From NCBI GenBank assembly GCA_963833425.1, contig CAWHXP010000008.1:372578-436577 (forward strand): DNA of 64,000 nt, given 5' to 3'. Each line of letters starts with the position of its first letter. Position 1 is the first letter of the stretch. Below are positions 30,272-40,390 of this stretch, in pieces. A program made the translations under genes and the position numbers. A model generated the notes under the pieces. It was given only the letters and a program-made list of their open reading frames with translations. It was not told where the DNA came from and ran no database searches. This stretch comes from an uncultured Methanosarcinaceae archaeon (lineage in GTDB: Archaea; Halobacteriota; Methanosarcinia; Methanosarcinales; Methanosarcinaceae).

Positions 30272-32647
30272 ATGGTTTTGTGGAAACTAGAAAAGAGAGA
30301 TGCGAATTTAACCAAAGTTCCTTGTCAAGTTGACGGCAAAAAAGCTGATACCACAAAATCTGAGACTTGGACCACTTATGAACTGGTATTCACATCGTAT
30401 GATTCTTCTATCTATGCAGGATTAGGGTTTGTTTTGACCAAAGAAACAGGATTCGTAGCAATCGATTTGGATCATGTGTTGCAGAATTCTATTTCCTCCG
30501 TAGACGGATGCACATCCAAAGAATGGGACAACGAAATTTTTGCTGAAATCCAAGACTTCAATTCATACGCTGAATTTTCACAGTCAGGAGAAGGAGTACA
30601 TATTTTCTGTAAAGGGACTATGCCAAAAGCAGGCCGAAAAAAGGGGACGCACGAAATGTACTGTGAAAACCGATTCTTTGCAATTACAGGTGATCACATA
30701 GATAAAATTCCCAAAACAGTAAACGAAGCCCAAGAATGTATTGATGATTACTATCAATTATGGTTTGAAGAATATGAGACCCCTAAAAATGGTGTGGATC
30801 TCAAATCTCCATCAATGACTGATGAAAAAATAATTCAACTGATAAGTTCTGCACAAAATAGTGAAAAATTCAGGAAGCTGCACTCAGGTGATACCAGTAA
30901 TTATCCTTCCACTTCGGAGGCAGACTTTGCTTACTGTCGACTATTGGCTTTCTATACACAGGACAAGAAACAAATTGACAAAATATACAGAACCTCGAAA
31001 CTTTACACTAAAAAATGGAATAGACGAGGAAAATATACCTTGGATAAAGTTGTGACAGGGCTGACTGAAGTTTACCTAAAAACAGAAACTGAAGACGAAA
31101 TTTTTTCTGCTGAAGAAATCAGTCTAGCAGAACTCAAAAATCTTAAAATGGATCCAAACAGTCGTAAAATGCCTAATTTAATGGACATACTGCCTGCTAA
31201 TCATTTCATTAACACAGTAACCGATTGGATGTCAGGACTTTCAGATACCTATTACGAGTATCAAGTCAGTACAGCGCTTTGGTTGCTCTCGGACCTGATT
31301 CAAGGAAAAGGGGCGCTCGTCATAAAGCAAGGCAAAATAAGACCTAATTTATACGTTCTACTTTTAGGATTATCAACTAAAAGCAGAAAATCCACTGCAG
31401 TAAACAAAATTGAACAAATTAGAGAAGCAGCTACATATACAGAATTGTACAATGACGAGCCAACTATAGAAGGTTATCTCGAAATGCTGGCTAGTAATCC
31501 AGTTCAGAGTTTTGTTTGTGACGAAGTGAGTGGACTTTTTGCAAAATATCACAAGAAGTATAATGAAGGAATTTTCGATCTAGATTGCAAAATTTATGAC
31601 GGAGCTTCGATCAGAAAAATTAAAGCTTCAGGTCGGAATAAAAGCCCAAAAGAGTATGTTATAAAGGATCCATACGTTACCCATCTTTACGCGACGACTC
31701 CTGACAAATTCACAACGGTAGTAGAGCTAGAAGATTTCTCTTGCGGGTGGGGATACAGATTCCTTTACGCATTTCCTACATATGCTAAAGATAGAATGGA
31801 TATCGAATTAGAAGATAATGAGAATATAGAGGCCTGGGGAAAAGTTCTAACTGCAGTTAAAACTCTTTATAACAGGTATTCAGAAACCGCTGATTTCAAA
31901 TTTGCAATCACAAAAGAAGCCTTAAAACTGTTCAATAAAATAAGTGCAGAACTAGAAGATGAAGGCGAAAAGATACAAAATGAATCATTAGATTCAGCTA
32001 TTGCAAGGGCAGAAGACAATATTTTAAAAATATCTATGCTTCTTGAAATTGGCAAAAAAGAGCCTTCTCATGAGATCACAGAGGATAGTATATCTATCGC
32101 TTCTCTTTTAGCCCTTGACTTTTTTCTGCCTTCATTTTCTCAAGTCATGGATAGAATACTCTCCGATATTAAAACTAACAAGATCGAGAAAGCAATCTCA
32201 GTAATTCGTAAAATGGGAGAAACATGTAATAGAGGCACACTTATTAAAAACGGCCATTTTACAGCAAAAGAAGGCGATGAAATTATTGAAGCAATGGTTA
32301 TAGGTTCAATTGTAGATGTAAAAAAAGTAAAAGAAACAAAATTAATTACATATATCTTAAAAAGTGATGCAAAAGTTGTCAATGTTCAATCCACAGAGCT
32401 CACAGGTTTGTTTATCAATCTTCGCAATGTTCGCAATCTTCGCAATCTTCGCACATACACTGTAGGTACAACTACCCTTGCGAAGATTGCGAAGATAGAT
32501 AATATACCTACATGTAGCGCGTTGCCGGAAGGATCTTCTAGTGTATGTGCGAACATTGCGAATATTGCGAACATCGAACAAAGCTTGTGTTCCAGTGTAG
32601 TCTCTGTAGAAGAAGCCGCTAGAATTCTAGAAGAGGAAGGGTTTTGA
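30272..32647 (+). CDS. NrS-1-type primase-polymerase (AEP) fused to a DUF3987-like P-loop helicase; N-terminal ~20 aa lost by a 1-nt deletion near 30273
   Basis: (PENIPQEMKDIPQW)VLWK...KVP, GLGFVL, AIDLD, YAEFSQSGEGVHI, EMY-ENRFF-ITG, STSEADF helical domain; PNLYVLLLG-ST-SRKST Walker A and DEVSG Walker B. Confidence 0.85.
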   Translation: MVLWKLEKRDANLTKVPCQVDGKKADTTKSETWTTYELVFTSYDSSIYAGLGFVLTKETGFVAIDLDHVLQNSISSVDGCTSKEWDNEIFAEIQDFNSYAEFSQSGEGVHIFCKGTMPKAGRKKGTHEMYCENRFFAITGDHIDKIPKTVNEAQECIDDYYQLWFEEYETPKNGVDLKSPSMTDEKIIQLISSAQNSEKFRKLHSGDTSNYPSTSEADFAYCRLLAFYTQDKKQIDKIYRTSKLYTKKWNRRGKYTLDKVVTGLTEVYLKTETEDEIFSAEEISLAELKNLKMDPNSRKMPNLMDILPANHFINTVTDWMSGLSDTYYEYQVSTALWLLSDLIQGKGALVIKQGKIRPNLYVLLLGLSTKSRKSTAVNKIEQIREAATYTELYNDEPTIEGYLEMLASNPVQSFVCDEVSGLFAKYHKKYNEGIFDLDCKIYDGASIRKIKASGRNKSPKEYVIKDPYVTHLYATTPDKFTTVVELEDFSCGWGYRFLYAFPTYAKDRMDIELEDNENIEAWGKVLTAVKTLYNRYSETADFKFAITKEALKLFNKISAELEDEGEKIQNESLDSAIARAEDNILKISMLLEIGKKEPSHEITEDSISIASLLALDFFLPSFSQVMDRILSDIKTNKIEKAISVIRKMGETCNRGTLIKNGHFTAKEGDEIIEAMVIGSIVDVKKVKETKLITYILKSDAKVVNVQSTELTGLFINLRNVRNLRNLRTYTVGTTTLAKIAKIDNIPTCSALPEGSSSVCANIANIANIEQSLCSSVVSVEEAARILEEEGF
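32416..32576. repeat. Iteron-like array: 9-bp CAAT(C/G)TTCG x4 forward, 2+3 inverted copies, ~37-bp inverted arms; candidate replication origin
   Basis: Arm 32425-32461 matches the reverse complement of 32540-32576 at 34/37 positions; internal palindrome CTACATGTAG. Confidence 0.8.
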
Positions 32648-34325
32648 ATGTCTCTTCTTTTCCTTGACATTGAAACCACAGGTTTAAATCCTCTCACTTC
32701 AGAACTTGTGACTTTGCAGTTATCGACTCTTTCCGGTAAGTCGATGATAATTAAAGATCCTGTGACCTTAGAAGCTCTTAAACCTAAACTTGAGAAAAAT
32801 TTAGTCGTAGGCCATAACATAAAATTCGACTCTAAATTCCTGAAATATCAGTATGGAATAACTCTGTACAATATTTACGATACCTTTATAGTAGAAATAG
32901 CAATCTCGGGGGGAAACTTGCTCGACGAAAAGGAGCATCACTCAAAGATCTAGTTTTTAAGTACTGTAGTGTCACTCTCGATAAGTCTGAACAGTGCAGA
33001 TTCAAGAAAGGTGAACAACTAACTGCCGAGCAGGAAAAGTATGCCCTTAATGACTTGAAATATCTTCCTGAAATTATGAAACAACAGCAAGCAAAAATAA
33101 CCTTGCTCGGCTTAGAAAATATAATTGATATTGAGATGAAATGTCTTCCTGCAGTAGTATGGTTAGAGCTTTCCGGTTTCCATGTGGACTTTGAGAAATT
33201 AGAAGAAATAAAAGCTACAATTCAAAATAAGTACCAAGAGACTGGAGCCTTCCTCCAAAAAGAACTTATTACTTTTGATAAACAATGTCAGTTAGATGGC
33301 ACGTTTGTTTCTAATGAATTGAATTTAAGCAGTCCTGAACAGCTGAAACAGGCTCTAAGGAACAAAGGTTATGACATTAATGGAACAGACGTAAAAACAA
33401 GAGCAAAGTATGTTAATGATTCTATATTTCAGAATTTATCAGATTTTAAAGAAGCTGAGACACTTCTGAAAATGTTCATTAAACCTTTACCTTCTTACAT
33501 CAATTCTAAAACTCAGCGGATATATTCTGATTTTTGGCAATATGGTGCTACATCCGGGCGGTTCACTTGCGGAAAACCTAACTTACAACAGCAGCCAAGT
33601 AAATTTAAAGATTGGAGAAAGATTTTTACTCCTGAACGTGGAAACAAGCTAATAGTAGCTGATTATTCCCAAATCGAGCTCAGAATTATAGTTCAACTAG
33701 CTAAAGATAAAAAATATATTCGTGCTTATAATGAAGACCTTGGCCTGCACAAAAATACAGCTGCAGTCATGTTTAAAGTGCCTGTGGATCAGGTTACTAA
33801 ACAGCAAAGAGGGATAGCAAAATCAGTTAATTTTGGTTTGAATTATGGTTATGGGTAAAAGGTCTTTAAAAGAGAAACTGAAACTAGAAACGGGTATCGA
33901 TTATACGGAAGATGAGGTAGCAAAGCTTATCGAAAACTTCAAAAACTTATACCCTGATGTAACAAATTATCTTAAAACAATAAGTCAAAAAGGCTTCAAT
34001 CGACTCGAAGTTAGAAATAAAGCAGGAAGACTTTTCAAATTTGATTAAACCTTCGGCAGAAACAGAAGAGAAATACAATGTGCAGAAAGGTAACATTGAG
34101 CGTGAATGCAAGAATTTTCCGGTTCAAGGTCTTTGTGCTGATATGCTGAAAATAGCAATGGGTAACCTTTTCTTAATCCTTGAGCCTAGAGGGGTGAAAC
34201 TCGTTAATTGTGTCCATGATGAACTTGTTTTTGAGTGCAAGACAGAAGAAGCGGAAGAAGTAGCAACAATTGTAAAAACTGAAATGGAGAAAGCTGGAGC
34301 ACTATTTTTGAAAGACCTACCATGA
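32648..34325 (+). pseudogene. Family A DNA polymerase (3'-5' exonuclease + polymerase, no 5' nuclease), split by 3 frameshifts and truncated
   Basis: ExoI LDIETTG, ExoII GHNIKFD, ExoIII YALND, TSGRF...PNLQQQP, motif A ADYSQIELR, motif B R-IAKSVNFGLNYG, NFPVQG-CAD, motif C VHDEL. Confidence 0.92.
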
Positions 34326-34653
34326 AACAAGAAAGCGATCCAGAAATTAGTTGAGCCAAAAAGAGCACAAAAGCGAAAAATTAGATTTAATATAAGTTGA
34401 AGGAAAATAAAGATAGTTAGAACAATTAAATGCAAAATAATGAATAGAGGTATCCGACAGGTTGCGTCAACAACCTGCCGGTGCCCAAGTCACCAAAAAT
34501 TAAAAATGTTATTTGATGAAAACAGGCATTGTATTCAATATATTGATTACTGTTTTCATTGAAATAGATTCCCCTTCGGGGGCTATTTGAGTCTCCTGGG
34601 CTATTCTGACCGACTTAATTTATATTTTAAAAAAATAATTAAGAGGTAATTAG

Positions 34654-34971
34654 ATGATAATTCAAAAATATTTTAATGATATGGCAACGGAAGATCAAAA
34701 AGATTTAACTGTTCAATTCGAAGAAAAGTTAAAATCGCTGTCGGATGAGTATAACCTTACAATAATTAATATAAATCTCGAATACATAGTAAACTTGCTT
34801 GATTATTTACCAGAAATATTAGACAGTTTTAAGCCTGAAACGAATCCAAAACTTCAGTCTGCATTGATGAAAGTGAGCATGTTAAAGGAGTTAATTCCGA
34901 AAAGCGCAGAGGAATTTGAATCTTTGGATATTTTAAAAGTGTTGCTCGAATGTCACACAGATATATTCTAA
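34654..34971 (+). CDS. Hypothetical protein
   Basis: GAGGT SD, 105-aa ORF, no motif recognised. Confidence 0.5.
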   Translation: MIIQKYFNDMATEDQKDLTVQFEEKLKSLSDEYNLTIININLEYIVNLLDYLPEILDSFKPETNPKLQSALMKVSMLKELIPKSAEEFESLDILKVLLECHTDIF

Positions 34972-35399
34972 GATGGGAAATCTGTGGAAATCGAGACGTT
35001 GGAAGATGGTACATTGAGAATCTCGGCAGCGGATAATTAAAAGAATTTAATAAAATACAACAAAAATTGAGATATATGATCCCAGGACAGCATGGTCCTT
35101 GTCCTAGGCGATTAGGGCCGTTATTTTGAATAATGATATCAGTATCAATAGCTATCTCCTTCAGAATATATTATTGATAATGATTCTAGTGTTTATGGGT
35201 TCTTTTTGTCTCTTATAATTCAAGAGAGGTCATTTATATGATATATTTTAAATACATTCAAAGTGGTATTAATAATTTCTCCCACGGTTTTGGCAGCACG
35301 AGGTCTCATATTGCCGACACTTCATTTGTCACATCTATAGATGGTTACAAAGACAATGGACCTTGTCAAATGAATATTTTTTAATATACGATAAATCTA

Positions 35400-36590
35400 T
35401 TGGGGGATTTCTTGTTGGATCTGATTATTGATGACGAATTTCAGGTATTGATTCCACCATTGTCTTCCAACGAATACCAAACTCTTAAAGAAAATATTCT
35501 AAAGGATGGTTGTAGGGATTCACTTGTATTATGGAATAAAATCCTGGTAGATGGGTATAACCGTTATAAAATATGCACAGAACATAATCTCAAATTTAAT
35601 GTTGTTGAAAAGCCTTTTGATTCACGGAATGATGTTTGTATCTGGATTATCCAAAATCAACTCGGGAAACGCAATTTACAGTATTTCGCTAGGGCAGAAT
35701 TAGGAGTAACATTAAAACATTTTTTCCAAGAAAAAGGTTTAGAAAACAAAAGAAATGCTGGGAAATTTTATGGTATAAGTGATCTGAACTCTGTAAAAAA
35801 GCTTTTGCCGAATTCAGCAAAACCTATTTTAGACAGTGGTACAAAAATAAATGCACGAGAAGAAGTAGCAAAGATTGCGGGTGTAGGTCATGATACCATT
35901 TCAAAAGTAGAAAAAATTTTAGAAATAGCATCACCCGAAGAAATCGAGAAAGCAAGATCTGGGGAAGTTAGTGTCAATCAAATGTATAGTACAATTAAAC
36001 GAAAAGAAAAAGAAGAGCAAAGGGATCAACATGTAAAAGAAAATATTGAAAAAGTTAAGAATGGAAAGCCCATGGGGGAAATCGATGGTCTATTTCAAAC
36101 TATTGTAATTGATCCACCTTGGGATTGGGGAGATGAGAACGACAATAATCAATTTGGAAGAGCAAAACCAGATTATGCAACCATGCCATTTGAAGAAATA
36201 CTAAAATTTCCTGTAATTAGATTGGCAGATGAAAATTGTCATTTGTATTTGTGGATTACAAATCGGAGTTTTCCGAAGGGATTTGAATTAATTGAAGCAT
36301 GGGGATTCAGATATATAACCTGCCTTACTTGGGTAAAACCGAGTATCGGGCTGGGAAACTATTTTAGGGGAAGTACTGAGCAAGTACTCTTTGCAATAAA
36401 AGTGCATATGCCATTAAAAAGGCATGATGTAGGTACTCATTTTGAAGCTCCAAGAGGAGAAAAACATAGCGATAAACCTAATAAAGTTTATGATCTGATT
36501 GAAAATTGTAGTTATGGGCCTTATTTAGAAATCTTCAGTCGGCATCAACGAGATGGTTGGATTATGTGGGGGGCTGATGCCCAATGTTAA
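35400..36590 (+). CDS. ParB/Spo0J-like N-terminal domain fused to an MT-A70-family N6-adenine methyltransferase
   Basis: IPPLS-EY-L-ENIL-DG-RD, LVDGYNRY, NQLGKRNL, HTH (VAKIAGVGHDT); MT-A70 IVIDPPW, HLYLWITN, WGFRY...TWVK, HSDKP, YLEIFSR. Confidence 0.88.
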   Translation: MGDFLLDLIIDDEFQVLIPPLSSNEYQTLKENILKDGCRDSLVLWNKILVDGYNRYKICTEHNLKFNVVEKPFDSRNDVCIWIIQNQLGKRNLQYFARAELGVTLKHFFQEKGLENKRNAGKFYGISDLNSVKKLLPNSAKPILDSGTKINAREEVAKIAGVGHDTISKVEKILEIASPEEIEKARSGEVSVNQMYSTIKRKEKEEQRDQHVKENIEKVKNGKPMGEIDGLFQTIVIDPPWDWGDENDNNQFGRAKPDYATMPFEEILKFPVIRLADENCHLYLWITNRSFPKGFELIEAWGFRYITCLTWVKPSIGLGNYFRGSTEQVLFAIKVHMPLKRHDVGTHFEAPRGEKHSDKPNKVYDLIENCSYGPYLEIFSRHQRDGWIMWGADAQC

Positions 36591-37191
36591 TGATTTCAAA
36601 ACTAAATAAGAATTCAGGCATGATCAATTGTCTAACAAAATCAGAGATGATCAAAGGCAAAAATGGTAAAACTATTTTTAACAACAAATGGCGAAAGTTC
36701 GATGAGCAAACGAATGCTGCTGGCGTGAAGTGTCTAGGTTTTGCAAAGTAAAGGGAAGAATACTAATTTCTTCTTTCTATTTTTTGGAAATTATTATTAT
36801 GGGCATCATAGTTCAGATATTCCAACATATGCGTGATCTACGCAGTGCGTACAATATTATAAAGAATAAGCTGCCAGGGTCTAGTGTTCTCTCTACTGGA
36901 ATCTCACTTATTTAAAGCATTATACAATCACGTTTGAACTTGAGATGCCCATATAACTTTTCATTAGAGTTATCCTGAAGCTGCCATTTTCCTGTGAGTT
37001 CAAATTCGTCTACTAAGCTGAACTCCCCGCTTATATCGATTGAAAAAGTCAATACTGTATAATTTCATTTGGATATGGAGAGTTGTATCAAATCTATTAT
37101 ATTTTATAGGATAACCTAAAGCTCATGAGTACTCCTAAGCATAGATATCTTAAAGCTTTTGTGTTATTGCCCTTTTTATTTTATCTTTTTA

Positions 37192-37899
37192 TCACACAAG
37201 CAGCACTGCTATAAGACCGCTCAAGAAGACGCCATCGAAGGTTCCAGCGCCGCCGATACTTACAATAGGTGCTCCAAGATCGCGAATCTTATTTAGGTTC
37301 ATTAGGTCGGAGTCTATCAATGTCCCAAGAGTTCCTCCTACATAGGCCAGGATGAAAAGGTACTGATTGGGCGCATTGAACATATCGGTCATGGTAAGAG
37401 CTGCCAAGGCTGCCGTAAGAGGTGGGAGCAAAGCTGGAGTTACTATTCCAAGGCCCTTGACTAACTTTGCAGTCCTATTCATCACTATAGCCACGAAAAT
37501 CACACATGCGATTACGTAAGGCAGCGCTGCCGAAAACTTGTAGAGAAGTGCAATTGATATCAGAGTAGGTATCACAGCCCCTCCCAAGTTGATTGCCAGG
37601 ACTGTATCTCTACTCATTTCTCCAACTACAGGTATCCTGTAGGTTACACCGAGGACATGGATATATTCCCCCTGAGCAATAGGCTCTCTAGATTTCAGGT
37701 TTGTGGCTGGCATGTTGATAGCACTACCAACGAGAGAGTCAAGCAGCACAATAAGAGCATGCTCCCAGGAGAAGCCAATTCTGGTAAAAGCAGTCCTTGC
37801 CAGGTCCAAGAACAGTAGGCTCACTTCGATAAATAGCAGAAATGCCATAAACAGCATGAATAACAGGCTTACTGGAATGTAGAACAACCGACGATCCAT
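37192..37899 (-). CDS. DUF1614 membrane protein
   Basis: LAINLGGAVIP, GTLGTLI-DL-NL, SIGGAGTFDGVFLSG. Confidence 0.85.
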   Translation of the reverse strand: MDRRLFYIPVSLLFMLFMAFLLFIEVSLLFLDLARTAFTRIGFSWEHALIVLLDSLVGSAINMPATNLKSREPIAQGEYIHVLGVTYRIPVVGEMSRDTVLAINLGGAVIPTLISIALLYKFSAALPYVIACVIFVAIVMNRTAKLVKGLGIVTPALLPPLTAALAALTMTDMFNAPNQYLFILAYVGGTLGTLIDSDLMNLNKIRDLGAPIVSIGGAGTFDGVFLSGLIAVLLV

Positions 37900-38054
37900 A
37901 AGGCATTTTCCGTTTTTATAGTATAAAATTATTGTAATGGAAAGACTAGAATTTATTGATAATGATTATTCGTTAGTACATTATTATATGATTGATGTTT
38001 TGAAACATTTAAATGTTAGAAAATTTCTTAGTGTCTATTTAGTCTACTAAACTT

Positions 38055-38400
38055 TCTTTTATCTGTTATTTTGTTTATAAAAACCCGGATCTTGGAAGGC
38101 TCTAGCGTATATTAATTACTCCCAGAAGGATTTCTTCATAGCTGCTATCTTTCAATGATCAGGACATGAGAGATGCCTATGACTCTGGTATCTTATCTTG
38201 CTTTTGCTAAACAGGCAGATGCAGTGTTACCGGAAGCTACTAAAACCAGTAATATAGAAATAAAGAATCTCTTCAAGACTTGTGTTTTTGGTGTTCAGCA
38301 TGGACTAGGGCGGAGTCTCTTGCGTTAAAAATTGATAAATCAACTCCATACGCAATCGAACTATTGAGCCATTATAAGCAGAATTATAAAAAATATAGAG
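38055..38400 (+). pseudogene. Relic of a second, distinct family A DNA polymerase
   Basis: Spliced reading KALAYINYSQKDFFIAA...NDQDMRDAYDSG..YLAFAKQADAVLPEATKT...NLFKTCVFGVQHGLG.ESLA spans PolA motifs A to B. Confidence 0.7.
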
Positions 38401-38851
38401 CATGTTCTGAAGCGAAGTGGATATCTAACAGCTCGATCGAATATCTCATTTAAAATACAGGAAAATTTAGTAATCATAATTAAATTTAATGTATTATTAT
38501 GAATTATAACATCTGAAACCGTTTCATGCCAATAAATAAATTACCAAATTTATATTATTCTAATGTAATAAAAGTATATAAAAAATATCTCAGACTAACT
38601 TACCGTGTTGTGTAGGTCAAAACATGGAGGTTTAAAATAGGTCCAAAACTGAATGATCCTGGGCTACCAGGTAGACTTTTATAAAAAGTTTGATGAATAT
38701 ACCTTACTAAAAACAATAGCTCAAAGTGGCTGAATGGCTCTTATTTGATTCGACGCATATAAATCCACTTGCATGCCGAACAAAAATAACTTAATATTAA
38801 ATAAAAGCTTAGCTAATATTAAGTATAAAAAATAAAAAAACGGTGTTATCG

Positions 38852-39273
38852 ATGGCAAGACCTAGTAAATTAACTCCAAAAATACAAAAAAGAATCGGTG
38901 AAAATATTGCGCTCGGATTGACTTATAGCTTGCTGCTTCGGCAGCCGGCATAACATACAAGACATTTAATGAATGGATGAACAAGGGGAAGACAGAGAAA
39001 TCTGGTAAACATTATCAATTTTTTAACTATATCCAAAAATGCAATGCAGACGGAGCTAGGAAACTTCTTGAGCGGTTAAATGATGCAGCTGCAACTGGAA
39101 ATTGTCAAGTTTGTATGTGGGTGCTCGAACGGCGTTTCAGTGACGAATTTGGAAAGCGGGTCTATAGGAAAACAAATGTTATTTCAGAGAGTATAAGTGA
39201 AAATGTTGAACTAACAATCAAGGACGGAGATCAAATTAGAAAACAAATTTTAGCGAAGTTTGATGGGAGTTAG
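38852..39273 (+). pseudogene. Terminase small subunit-like HTH protein, frameshift near 38930
   Basis: MARPSKLTP...AGITYKTFNEWM...WVLERRFSDEFG pattern of phage TerS-like proteins. Confidence 0.65.
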
Positions 39274-40174
39274 GAAAGTTACGAGTTATCAGCTGATTAT
39301 GATTTTTATCTGAAACTGAGGTATTTTTAACAGAAAGTTCTTCACTACTAATTTGATCCTATGGTCAATTGTAGTCAGAGTTACCAATATCGCCACCAAA
39401 GCTTACTTTTTTCTGCATTCTCCTGAAGCAGTTTAATGTTTAGCATGCTATTTTTCTGGATTAAACTTTGAATATGCAAAGCCTATTTGTGCATATTTTC
39501 ATTTAACTTTTCTATCTTCTTATCCTTTGTATGTAGCTCTCGTCCTTAATGCTTATCGAACAAAAAAGTTATTGGATCCAAATTTTTAGCTTGCCTATTC
39601 TGGCCTGTTGCAGTTCATCATTATCTTTGACTTCATAACTTGAATTCTCACTATAATGCTACTCGGCATGTAAGAGAAGAGTGATTCTTTCTGCTCCGAT
39701 CAAATTTTATGAGCAAAAAAAGCCTTTTTACTCTTCTTTACTAAAATTAATCCAAGTAATCTATTTTTGTGCCTAGATTTTATTATAATCTATTTATTTA
39801 GATCTGTAAATTAACAAAAATCATAACAGCTGTGGGAACACTAACTAAATGACGATTTTTTAATTTTCTTATTTAATTTCTATTTTTTGAAAGAGGGCAT
39901 ACCCTCTCCATTGCTATCGAATGAAAAAACCTGCCTTACGACTTTCCGTATCTTATAAATGATTTATATTCACGATTATACGATTAGATTTTGATCAGAA
40001 ATTAATCGATGTTAAAAAGCTAACAACTTTTGTGATTATAAATCTATAACTATAATAATTTATACAAAAAGTTTAAATCGTTACTACCCTCTAAAAATGT
40101 AGATAAACATTCCAGATCTTGGGAATAATGGTCAAATTTTACTGGCTAATAATATAGAAAAGGAATTGAAATAC

Positions 40175-40300
40175 ATGATCAATAAACATAAATTGTATTC
40201 GATAGCTTTAATTTCAGCAACTACGATTTTTATGCTTGTAAGTATAGCAACCTCAGCACCATTTGCATATATTACAAACTATGGCTACAATGTTGCTTGA
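40175..40300 (+). pseudogene. N-terminal remnant of a YVTN-type beta-propeller surface protein
   Basis: Signal peptide followed by APFAYITN, then a stop. Confidence 0.6.
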
Positions 40301-40390
40301 TTTTAGACATCAACTGTGTAAATTTCAGAAGTGTTTTTGCGAAAAAATTCACATATGAAAGTCATTAGAAAAAAATCAAGAATTTTAGTG

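Larger units (their letters stand above)
26841..39273. mobile_element. Decaying integrated element (provirus relic or virus satellite/PICI-like); minimal extent, att sites not found
   Basis: Integrase, divergent regulators, primase-helicase with iterons, PolA, ParB-MTase and TerS-like gene in one block; no capsid or tail genes seen. Confidence 0.75.

Noticed and set aside
32386..32820. Minus-strand ORFs with RRLRRLR or NIRNVR repeats
   Set aside because: By-products of the iteron array, overlapping real + strand genes
18666..34325. Frameshifts as sequencing errors
   Set aside because: All housekeeping genes in the window are intact, while lesions, including nonsense codons, concentrate in accessory genes, which favours real decay. 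Read-level confirmation is still needed.
38727..38792. tmRNA-like words in order (GGCTGA...GATTCGACG...TGCATGCCGA...AAAATAACT)
   Set aside because: No pseudoknot region, tag ORF or tRNA-like 3' end follows, and Archaea lack tmRNA; probably chance. A cmsearch with the tmRNA model would settle it.
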